The notes under the pieces: generated by a model
Seen by the model: the letters and a program-made list of their open reading frames with translations, nothing else
Told to the model about the DNA's origin: nothing
Databases searched by the model: none
Source: Phoronis australis
Taxonomy: Eukaryota > Animalia > Phoronida
Direction: 5' to 3'
Length of the DNA: 64,000 bases
Assembly (NCBI GenBank): GCA_002633005.1
Contig: NMRA01000123.1
Location: 121,091-185,090 of the forward strand
Translations under genes and position numbers: made by a program
Part shown: positions 1 through 10,800 of the stretch, in pieces
Numbering within the stretch: the stretch's first letter is position 1
Layout: each line of letters opens with the position of its first letter

Positions 1-22
1 CCATAGAACAACCAATACTCAC

Positions 23-51
23 TCATTTCAAAATCAAGGGTAATTCTTCAC
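23..51 (-). other. Candidate 29-nt exon ending in ATG-A (possible start-codon exon of the neighbouring gene that continues off the left edge)
   Basis: Acceptor ttgacaatttctcaatag and donor GTGAGT (17-22). All three frames hit a stop, but the exon ends ...TTTGAA ATG A|gt. No product can be assigned. Confidence 0.38.
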
Positions 52-1670
52 CTATTGAGAAATTGTCAATATAGCAAACAAGTGAAAATCATCTTGTCAC
101 ATTTTCCAACAAAAATAACTTAGATTCAGAAAATATTACTGTTTTATAGCGGGCTGGCTGTGTAGATGACAAAATAACCTTTGAAGGAATATCTAGCAGC
201 AACGAGCCTTTGCACAATAACAATTTTGGAAATTATTTTTGCCAGTGTGCAAAACAAGAAAAAAATAACGATAGTTAACCCCTCAAGTAAGATGGGTGAG
301 TTGATAACTGTTGTATGAGAGCTGTCAGGAGCCACCTAGTAGTAAGATGTACTGTAGCAGGAAAAGACAGCAATGACACGGCACACAACTTGTATGTAAT
401 TCATTTATACCTCCCAAAAGGGTGGATATAACGGTCGCACACCATACAAACTCACCAATTGAGGGCACAGTATGGCTGACAAGTGAAAAATATACTAAAA
501 ATTTCAAAGCAAGTAGCACTGAATTAAATGGTTTTTTTTTAATTTTTTTAGTTTGAAACCATATAAAGGTAGTTACCATGATAGAATTTTTTTTGAGAAT
601 GTTGGATATATTCAAAACAATGTAATTAAAAGCCTTTGAGACATTGGAAAAAATCAAAGTCGTGACATTGCAAAAGCAACAGAACAGGGAACACGAATTC
701 ACGACTTGTCACAAGAAAATCAACCCATTTTACAGCATCGTGTATTCCAATTCTCAAAAGATTTCTACAACAACCACTGACATCATCATTTCTCCTGATC
801 ACTGATAACACTAATCTAAGTTCCTTTTGTGTGGAGCAGAACAATTATAACATTAGCAATGAATTTACAGCAATTGTCTGGAATAAATCGCAACATCGCA
901 CTGTGAAACTTGTTATTTAGTAAATATTTTGCACCGAAATTGACTTGAATGAAATAAAGGCTAGGTTTATTAGTAACAATATTTGGCTAAAAATATTTAA
1001 ATTCGAGAAATTTGTTAATCAGTTATGCAATATTTCAACACCTAGAACACACATGTTCACTTCAATGTATTCAAAATTAGTAAATAATTAACATGGGGGT
1101 CATGGTTCAAGAGGGTTAGAGTGATATCTGGATTTTAAAATGGATGTCGTCTGGACTTGGAATCAAATGTGGAAAGTTATGGAAGCAAAGCTAAGGGACT
1201 TTCACACACGAAAGCCTGTATTAGGGTATAACGCATGGATCTTTATCACACAAACACCACCTGCTGATGAGATGTCAAAAAGACATCCACCAGGTAGCGA
1301 AAGTGGCTCGTCTACATGTCAGCTCAGCAAAAACTGCCAAACAACATGCAGTAAAAATCGATGATAGTTTATGAGTCCTCCACTCAAAAGTAATTAGTCA
1401 AGAGACAATTTACTAGAATGGGAAGCATAAGAAGACATCATAAGCAGAAACGATTGCTTGTTGCCCAAAATTACATGATATAAAGATAACTGGGAAAGGA
1501 TATCAGTAAGATACTGCAATACATGCCACTGTTGGTCTTACAGAATATGTTGTCAAACACAGGAATATTCATTAGCACTCAGGCTGCTGCACGTGCTCTG
1601 GGTTCCCCTCTCTGGGTATGACGCACAGTCATATAAAGACTCTCTAAAATTGCTTGCCAAGTGAGATATT

Positions 1671-1741
1671 GCCTCTTGGCGTAACGGTTTGGAGGCATGA
1701 CCTTCACGCTGACAACCCATGTTTGATACTCACACTAGGCA
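1671..1741 (+). mobile_element. Degenerate tRNA-like sequence (SINE head or tRNA pseudogene)
   Basis: 71 nt with GCCT...AGGCA ends, A-box-like TGGCGTAACGG and decayed B-box TGTTTGATAC at tRNA-like spacing. Stems are too degenerate for a functional tRNA. Confidence 0.35.
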
Positions 1742-2073
1742 CTCAACAACAGGGAAATCCATGCATGATCGGTGGAAAATCTCAAAAGACTGAAAATGAG
1801 TGAAAAATGCCCCCCCCTCAAATTGACTCCTCCCCAAAAGCAGGGACCCTACCCCACACAACTGAGAAAAGTGTTGTGAACTTTGAATCTGGATCCAGGT
1901 GTGACATGCAATCCTATGATCTGATGAGAGTGAGACTCTAGACTAGTTCGTCTAGTGAGAGGGCACTGGACACCAAACGAGTAACTCGCAACTCAGCTCA
2001 AGTGATGCGACCAGTTTGCCTGTAAGTTATGTGTACCACTATCGCAATTCTGTGTTATTAACTAGTTACTTAC

Positions 2074-2205
2074 CGCCCCTATATCCAGGGAAACAAACTC
2101 GACAAAATACTGGTTTCTGAACCTACAGGTGTTTTCTCCGCCTTCAGTTCGCAAACACGGAAGTGACATTCGAGAGTTTGCGATCGTGACAATAGATGGC
2201 AGCAA
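2074..2205 (-). promoter_or_regulatory. Candidate promoter/first exon of a second, unidentified minus-strand gene
   Basis: Consensus GCG|GTAAGT donor at 2073, ETS-type CGGAAGTG at 2158-2165, and locally CpG-rich sequence next to the CpG-poor sequence at 1-2000. Confidence 0.42.
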
Positions 2206-2355
2206 TACCCAATTCAGTGACGCGGCTTGGACCCCGCCAAAAAAGTTTAGCCAAAATCACGTGTTCATTTTTTAAAATACATGACAATATCTCACGTTAT
2301 GTAGCGAAGTCTTGCTTTTTAGCGAGGTCAGTCCAATCGCTATTGAAGTCTACCC
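2205..2355 (+). mobile_element. Diverged copy of the Harbinger-like MITE found at 22125-22275
   Basis: Core tcacgtgttcattttttaaaatacatgacaatatctcacgttatgtagcgaagtcttgctttttagcgaggtc aligns with tcacgtgctcttatttaaaatacacggcaatatctcgcgtaatctcgcaaagtcttgcttttaagctaggtc. Ends are approximate. Confidence 0.65.
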
Positions 2356-3012
2356 AGGCAGGCCCACGGGAAGGGAAATTAATTATTGGGGGGAGGGTGT
2401 GAGGGGCCGGGCACAAACCAATTTGACTTCTCCAACAAGAACCCCCTTCGTGCTATCGCCACCTAACTTGCTAATCCCCCTCCCCCACCTGTTCTGTGGA
2501 TGTCACCATATTTATACCGAGCCCCCCCCCCANNGATAAGGATTTGAGTGACCGTGAACCAACAAGGTTTCACGGAGAGTAAGAATTGGTCTAGGGCCAG
2601 CATACTGACGGGTAGCTGGAGGTTGCCTGACTGAGTAACTATAGCTGGGCTCCAACAGTGTATTCGCACTCCTCTGCTCTGGGTCGAAGGTCAAGTTTTG
2701 TTTTATGATCCAGTTTCGGGAAAACTTCATTTTATTATGGCCAATTTTTGAAGTAATTTTTGGAAAGTTGAGGTCCCAAGGTGACTGGTATGAATTCCTT
2801 TGTGACTGTTTCATAATCCCTAGATCAACACAGCCGGTAGTCCAGTTTCGGGTTGCTGAGGGAAATGATACAGAGTGTGTCCCAAAAATGTACACATTTC
2901 AACGTCTGGAGTTCAAATTGAGCTCCCGTGGGTAACTAATATTCTACGCAGGCCTACTGCATGGTTACACCTTATTTTTAACGTGGGTGTGCCAGTTACT
3001 ACGTGTTCCGTG

Positions 3013-3257
3013 CATGCGCGCACCCAGGGGGGATCGGGTTGCTAGAACAAATGAAGCCCCCCCATTCGGAAAATTGAGCAAAAAGGTCAGCTTCAAAGAA
3101 ACAAAATGTCCGAGAAAAACGACACAAAAGTCCACTAAAAAGGCAGGAATTTGGCGTATGCATAATTCCTAGCCCTGAACGAATCCCATATTCCGTTTTT
3201 TCTTTTCTTTAGTAAAAGGTCCACATCCTCAAAAATGTTAAGCTGATTGGGGACATG
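3013..3257. mobile_element. hAT-like MITE with 5-bp TSD (ccgtg)
   Basis: Starts catgcgcgcacccagggg, ends ...ggacatg, flanked on both sides by ccgtg. The same terminus occurs inverted at 7841-7856. Confidence 0.7.
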
Positions 3258-3439
3258 CCGTGTGTGTAGTATGCACGGAAAATGCAAGCAAACGATTCAG
3301 TTTTGAAGAACAAAAACTCATTGCTCCATCATACTACTGGAAACTGAAAACATCGCAGAACTGCAAAGAGAATCTTTCCAACTTGATGACCAATGAGTTA
3401 AATTTTATTTATTTAAGTACTTAAGCGTCTTTTTCGATC

Positions 3440-4143
3440 TATGTTTGAAAACTTAAACCCAGTAATCTAGTTCCTAAGCCAATAAACAACTTATTGGCAT
3501 GTGAAATGTGGGAGGATTTTGGGACACTTAGTAGAGCTGTACGAAATTCATCAATTTCCTTGAGACTTATTTCTGACAGACAAAAATCGTTTAGCGTACT
3601 TTTATATTTGGGGATCAGATGATAGATCGAATTTTCCCGGTGTCTGCTTGCAACGAAGTTCATTGAAGCATTCTCATTTCTACAAGATGAGCTTCTAATT
3701 GTCAAAAAAATCATCTGTCAATCAGTTTACTTTCATAGATACATAAACATGTAAATCAGAAACCAACAATCAAATTCATGAGCATTGCGTTTACCTTGAT
3801 TTAGTGACTTAATTCTCTTTTGACCCCTGTTAGTGAGTTTAAACAACAAAACTTGTACCGAAGTCAAAAAGTAATGTATTTATTGTCATTTGAATGGTGA
3901 GTAAATTTTTGGGAAGTGTCCAAATTTCATCAATGTCTTTGAGAGTTATTTTAGGTAGGCAAAAAGCGTCCAGGTGCACTTTACTATTTGGGGATCTGAT
4001 TATAGTTTTTCCATATACAGGCTTCAACTAAATTCCTTGAATCGTCATCATTTCTTAAAAGATTAGCCTTTAATTGCTAAAAATCATCTATTAATCCGTC
4101 GGTTTTCGTAGATACATAAGCATGTAAATCAGAAACCAACGAA
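3440..4143. repeat. Diverged tandem duplication, period about 375 bp
   Basis: Shared blocks: tatttggggatc (3605/3985), catgtaaatcagaaaccaac (3748/4121) and ttcatcaat..tgaga (about 3547/3926). Confidence 0.75.
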
Positions 4144-4906
4144 TTTGTTAATCAAAACGGAAATCAATGTTATAAGCAATATCCGCAGCCATGCTCGCAG
4201 ATTTTTGGCGGGTAACCCGGGGAAATAGGAGATTGGGCATTCATAGTGAGGTGTAGTTTTGCACATTACCGAGGTACCTATCACGGTTCACGAGTTTAAC
4301 TTGACCCCCCAAAAACCGTTAAAATATTTGTTTATTATTGGGAGTATTTGAGTACACTCGTTCACCCCAATTGTATCCTCGACAGCAGTGTTTTCCACAT
4401 GTGGGAATTCCTTACAAACATATCATGGTAACCAATTTTATAAGAGATACTATTCTTGTGATACTATGGGAAACAGTAACATTATTTTATAATTACATTA
4501 TTTTTGGCCATAGTACTATAAGAAAACGGACAATCTCTCATTCTCATTTCACCACAAGGATGTGGAATGGTAACCGACACTTGCTGTCCTACTGTACATA
4601 ATCCTGATGATGTCTGAGTGAAAAGACGTTGAGTTAACATGAAGTTTTTTATTTGTGCGGCGATTGTCATTTTTTTCTAGTTGTTCTATAACTAACCATC
4701 GAAAATAATCCTTTTGTGTGATTAACAAATAGTGGCCTTCACGTTCTTCAAAATTCCACCCTTTCGATGGTGGTCATTCCTATTGCATTTTTTCACATTT
4801 TTTTGGTTGTTTTGATTGAATGCCTTGATGCTGCTTTGTTGTGCACGAATGTTGGTGTTTTTATTTGGAATCTCAACTTCGCTCGTCGAGAATACTTGAC
4901 AGTGTC

Positions 4907-5052
4907 CATGGGCGGCGCACCAAAGGGGGCGGGAGGCTATAGCCCCAGTGCTGGGCCGCCCATGGTCTATGGAAGGTGCATCACAGGGAGCTTTGGGGTT
5001 TTAACCCCCCCCCCCACACACACACACTTTTTTCAGTGCTGCGCCGCCCATG
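4907..5052. mobile_element. hAT-like MITE, perfect 13-bp TIR, 5-bp TSD (gtgtc)
   Basis: catgggcggcgca ... tgcgccgcccatg flanked by gtgtc/gtgtc. A second internal right-end copy (cagtgctgggccgcccatg) ends at 4964. Confidence 0.85.
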
Positions 5053-5984
5053 GTGTCGGATTTACATGTATAGAGGGGCAAAGGGACATTTCCCCGAACT
5101 GCTGCCCCGATGGAGGGTACCGTCTGAAATGGGACACCTTAATTATGAAAGGCTAAATATCATTAAGCTTGAAAAAGAGTGACAGTTCATTCTACCGTCG
5201 TGTAGTCACAAGACGGTGCAAGAAGTGACCCTCTTTAACATGAAAGTCAATTGAACGATTTTACAAAAAAAAAACAGGAAACTAGACGTAATCAAGTCCA
5301 ACTTTGGGTTTTCTCCGTGAGTGGACCCTTAAGAATTTGTCAATAAAAACAAAAACGGATGGCCACTTGAATGTCATCAATGGCCTCCTTCAAGAGTGGG
5401 TCCCCTCAATACGAAATTATCAATATTTTGAAAAATCAAGAAATGTGCAGCAATTGATGATATCTGACAGGGCATCAAGTGATACATAATTTGAGAAAAA
5501 AGCGACTGTTGTTTCAGTTATCCTTTGTCAGAGAGGGGCCTCTTTGCAGTCGCAAAATTTTGACTTATTGAATTTAAAAATCAAGTAAATTAACACGCTC
5601 CGCAAAAGCTTCGATTTACAAATTTTTCGATTCTTCGAAATATAATGCATGAATCATTACGTGCCGGTTTTCAAGTGCGTTTAGACGACCTGTTCTGCGA
5701 AAGCGGAGACCCCATCAACAATGTCCTGGACAAGGTCCCCAAAGGTAAACTATGCAGTGATACAGAGTTGTTAAATGTTTCTCTTGATTTTTATCTCTCA
5801 TCCGCATTTAGCAGTCTTTCTTTTCTCGACTGTCCCCGACCCACGCAAATGTCGGTTGCCACGGTTGAACTCAGACACCTGAAAATTTTTGAAGGGGCCC
5901 GTACCCCCCCCCCCCCCCCCCCCCCCCCNGGCTACCCGCTTCCTACAGCCCTGGCAGGGCACTTATAATTGATAGATCCCGCGT

Positions 5985-6095
5985 AGCCAGCCAGCCATGA
6001 AGACTATCGTCAACTACAGCTCGGTTGGCTTACCACTCAGCCAGCCAGCTAGCTTTATGAAGACTGTCGCCAAATACAACTAGGTAGGCTACCAC
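5985..6095. repeat. Two diverged ~55-bp tandem copies
   Basis: agccagccagc..atgaagactRtcgYcaa.taca.ct.ggt.ggct.accact occurs twice. Confidence 0.65.
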
Positions 6096-6261
6096 TGTGT
6101 GATAATCTTCCATGGACCCTGATACTGCAAACAGCCAGGGTAGTTCTGCTCTTCACCTCGCCGTGAAATTTGTATCAACAATTTAGAGCTAAAGTCCGGC
6201 GAGAGGGTGCACTGTTCGGCAAAGGCAGGAAGCCAACCGCCAGCACTTACCTTGCCCGCCT

Positions 6262-6863
6262 CATAGGCAGATTTAGGGAGGGGGGCAGGGGACCCGGCAC
6301 CCCTCCCGCCCTTGGCTGCCGCAAAAAATAAAACAGCAAGAGCGTAGGGAAATGTTGAGTTTAACAATTAACCCCGGTAATTAACCTTGTACGGCTGCGG
6401 CGCAATCGTAACGGAACTATGGCTAAGTATAGGCTCTCCCGCGATACCCCAGACGACCGGCTGTGGCGCTGCGCACTACGACTCCGTTTCCGTCGTCTGC
6501 TTCACTGTGCAATGAAGAAAATTACTTCATTTTTTAAAGAAAATGGAATCTGAGTGACGATGAAAAAACCGAAGCTGCTGGTAAGATGTGAATTTTAATC
6601 GAAGCCTTAGTGAATCACTCAGAAACTCATAATTCTCTCTTTGCGAAACCTTAGCTTAAGACGATTTCCAAAGCAATTGCTTCATTAATGCCAACACAAA
6701 AAACGGATTATTTTGGTCTTTTTTGGGCAATTGAAGACTATTTTAAATACAACTAATTTGTTACGAACTGATTGCACAAAATATAAAAAGTGTAATGAGC
6801 ATTACAAAAAGAAGTAGGTTTCGAGCGCAAACGCTGTGGACCATAAACAAGTAAGGTCTCTTA
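6262..6863 (+). mobile_element. ~600-bp interspersed repeat with hAT-like G-rich terminus (copy 1)
   Basis: Highly similar reverse-complement copy at 17132-17805; starts cataggcagatttaggg-G tract. Confidence 0.85.
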
Positions 6864-7104
6864 GCATCAAATTACTAGTGAAATCGTGGTGGTGCACGCT
6901 CGCTCTATCCGCCAGGTCGTGAGTTTGAGTCTGTGGTACTTCCAGTTTATCAAGTTTGACACGTTCTCCGTGTTTTTTTTTTCTTGGATAATACTTCAGG
7001 AATCAAGGAAAATGCTTGATTTTTAGAGGAAAAAACAGAAAAATTTTCCTGGCGGGAAGGGTAAACCCCCCTCCCGACCTCCCCCCATTCGGTGCTATGC
7101 ACAT

Positions 7105-7840
7105 NNNNNNNNNNNNNNNNNNNNNNNNNNNNNNNNNNNNNNNNNNNNNNNNNNNNNNNNNNNNNNNNNNNNNNNNNNNNNNNNNNNNNNNNNNNNNNNN
7201 NNNNNNNNNNNNNNNNNNNNNNNNNNNNNNNNNNNNNNNNNNNNNNNNNNNNNNNNNNNNNNNNNNNNNNNNNNNNNNNNNNNNNNNNNNNNNNNNNNNN
7301 NNNNNNNNNNNNNNNNNNNNNNNNNNNNNNNNNNNNNNNNNNNNNNNNNNNNNNNNNNNNNNNNNNNNNNNNNNNNNNNNNNNNNNNNNNNNNNNNNNNN
7401 NNNNNNNNNNNNNNNNNNNNNNNNNNNNNNNNNNNNNNNNNNNNNNNNNNNNNNNNNNNNNNNNNNNNNNNNNNNNNNNNNNNNNNNNNNNNNNNNNNNN
7501 NNNNNNNNNNNNNNNNNNNNNNNNNNNNNNNNNNNNNNNNNNNNNNNNNNNNNNNNNNNNNNNNNNNNNNNNNNNNNNNNNNNNNNNNNNNNNNNNNNNN
7601 NNNNNNNNNNNNNNNNNNNNNNNNNNNNNNNNNNNNNNNNNNNNNNNNNNNNNNNNNNNNNNNNNNNNNNNNNNNNNNNNNNNNNNNNNNNNNNNNNNNN
7701 NNNNNNNNNNNNNNNNNNNNNNNNNNNNNNNNNNNNNNNNNNNNNNNNNNNNNNNNNNNNNNNNNNNNNNNNNNNNNNNNNNNNNNNNNNNNNNNNNNNN
7801 NNNNNNNNNNNNNNNNNNNNNNNNNNNNNNNNNNNNNNNN
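7105..7840. other. Assembly gap (736 N), flanked by transposon-like ends
   Basis: Run of N; the right flank cctgggtgcgcgcatg matches the terminus of the 3013 MITE. Confidence 0.99.
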
Positions 7841-10800
7841 CCTGGGTGCGCGCATGCATTGCCTTAAGGCTGAACGGTAACGCAAACCTGAGACTAGGAC
7901 GGTAGTAGCCGAGCTATGCTTTGCACCAACTTACAAGGCTTATGAACCCAACTGACTGCCTCGAGTGATGGTTCGCAGAGCCCTTAGCTCAAGTCAAGGC
8001 GTGAACATACGGCAACTGAATGAACTAACCAGTAGTTCTTTCACGCCTTATTTCCATTCTAGTCTAGGTAGGAGAGCTGAGTTGCTGAGCTCAAGTTAGT
8101 CGCAGCTTCAAGTTGGTCTGCTATACAGATCTCCTGTCTGTGCTGCCTCCTGTTGGCGTGGCTGGCAGTCTACGCTGAGCTTCGGGGTGTAACCTGGGAA
8201 GTTCATTCATGTACAACCTGGAATGCTCCAAGCGACAAATTGATAAAATCAATTTTCAGTGGTACTATATTGTTACCGTGATGGAACTCTTATTTTTGAC
8301 TTCAAATCGTTTCAAACTTATCGTGGTAGGAAAATCAATCGAGAGAGTTAATTGTCCAATTAAAAGTTACATTATCATTTTATTCAAATGAGATTTCCAC
8401 ATTAGTTGTCTCTGAAAGTGCACTCAATTATCGGAGAAGCGACATTCATAAAATGTTCTGCATAGTGTAATTATCCTTAACGTATTTGCGTTTGTAAAAC
8501 ACTTTTTGAACACGGTACGCCGTTTTCAACTGTGTCAAATTCATTCTTGGAACCAGAACACCTCGGTGAAGCATTAGACCACGTTTCACACATTTCGTTT
8601 CTCAACATTACAGTCTTTATTGCTGTCGCGTCGTGTGCTTCAAATGACGTTCTGATTTCAAATTGTACAAACTTAGTTTTCATGGTGTGTTTTTCTTTGA
8701 AACAGAACATAAGTGACTGCTAATTTTGCGCACAGGTCGCAAATTAAATTTTAAGCTTACTTTACTAATGCAAGCCTGTTGGAATATTTTCGGTTCAAGT
8801 CTATGAGGGACAGCACTGATCTTTATTTACGCTAGCTTGCGTGGTGCATTTCGCTCTGTTTAATTGGCTGAAACGAAAATTGAAATAGNGACCTTTACTC
8901 AAGCAAAACCGGTCTCATAAGATTCATTACCGCGATAGAATTCGTTAGTAATTCGTTGTCTTCATTATCCAACTTATGTCAAAGATACTTATATATAGGT
9001 GTAACTGTAATATCTTTGGTTATATGTTATGTCAGAAAAGCACCCCTGCCCGATTCATAGGCCTACCAACACGGAGAGTAATACTACGCTAGGTGGAAAG
9101 GCTAAAGGTGGCGTACTTTCTCCATGCAGACACGTTTTACTTCGTAAACCAACACTAGCGCATGATCTTGACCCATTCGATCAGAATATCTCCACATGTA
9201 ACCAGGTACAGTATTTTCAGACAAAAAAGGCACGGCCTTGACGAGTTGCATCAAAAGCAATGCCACGTGACCATTTCCCCTTTTGATTACTCGCATTCTG
9301 CTTCACATTCTCACAAATTGTTCCTATGCCGAACTATTTTGGGTTGAAATGCCGATTTTGTTTTGCCATCTCGTGGACGAGACAGTCTCACCACCTGGTG
9401 GCTGCATGCGAACACGACCAAAACGGAAAAATTGGAGGAGTTACGCGAAATTTTTCCTTTTTGAAAACTGCGGTTGCCCTCTTGAGACCTCCTAGATCCG
9501 GTCCACCACTGATACTGGTCTCAGAAGTGTGCTTGAGGTTGGAGAGTTCATACGTAGTGAATCTGTTCATCTTCATTATTTTACTTACCAAGCGCTGTCC
9601 AAGTGTCCCTTGTCAGAAGCCCACAAGTGCCACTCCAACATCGCCTGCCCCCAGCTGTGCGCACGAGCCCTTTGACCAATCTTAAAAGCATGTCACCAAA
9701 TTCCAGATTTAACTGAGTTTGATTGCATTAGGCAAACGTTTTGTCGCGATAGCTGTTTAACTCGTCTTATCGCTGGCAGGAAAATGGCCACAAATCTAAT
9801 GTAATTTACAAAACAATAACATGACCCACGCGCTATGAAAGAGGCCGAAAAAAACGTCCTCTGAACACAGGGTTATTAAATCGTCAACTTGACGAATTAT
9901 ATTAGCTCTCTGTATCAGTCCATCAAGTAGGCACGCGAGCGCGTGGGACCCCCGTGGACTTTGTTTTTCTATATGTTTTTCTATCTGCACGCAGCTCGCC
10001 AATTACCCTAAATTGTTTTTTGTCTTAATCAATGGAGTTTAGTCAGAAACCACAAGCTGTTGAGGAATCTTTAGAAAGGACGAAAGGTAAACAGTGTAGT
10101 TTTGAAGAGAAAACAATCCACGCACAACAAAGTTGTCTATACAGTTTGAGTGAGATACTCCAGCTTGGCCCTGCTTTGTGTGCTTTCGTGCAATACATGT
10201 GTCTTTTTCAATCAGATGCGTGGGTGTCACTTCGTTGTTCATTAATGTTGGAGCGTTTTTGAGGTGTTCAAATGACAGTGTCAGTTGTACCTTTGTTTCG
10301 ACTGCTTATTTTAATGATGAAACACGGCAATCTACCCCCGGGAAATGAACTTTTAAAAGTGCATACTATATTTCAACTGTCTGTCCCTCAGGTTCTCCCA
10401 AAGCAAACAAATTAGAATACACTGGAAATTATCGATAACTCTCACTTTTCCGGTATAAAATTAGATTTATTAAGCCAGGGTCCGGCCCAACCCTCCAATT
10501 ATTGTAGTCGGGTGGTCGCCTCGTGCCGGCGGGAGACATCTAGCGACAGTTGTTCCACTTTGTCCCAAGTTGTTATTCTTTGATAGACACTGGTTATTGG
10601 GTGCACCGGTTCAAAGACAATAGCCCCTGCTTAACAATAGCGTCGACAAATGCATTACACGTGCCTCCTGAGATTTGGCGAAATGCACACCTTCGATAAC
10701 AATAATTGTCCCTTCTTAGAACTGTAATTGCTCGAGATTTTACGATAGCAATAGTTGCCAGTTGCATGAGGCTTTCACAACGTGCTTACGCAGGCCTACT

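Noticed and set aside
280-351. Possible minus-strand coding exon (HLTTRWLLTALIQQLSTHPSYLR)
   Set aside because: Good acceptor but only a poor GTTAAC donor and no recognisable homology.
1264-1315. CTGATGA followed by a GATGTC/GACATC hairpin as a hammerhead ribozyme
   Set aside because: GAAA does not follow the stem and no stem I can be formed.
6950-7885. Long ORFs of 254-311 aa
   Set aside because: They are translations of the N gap.
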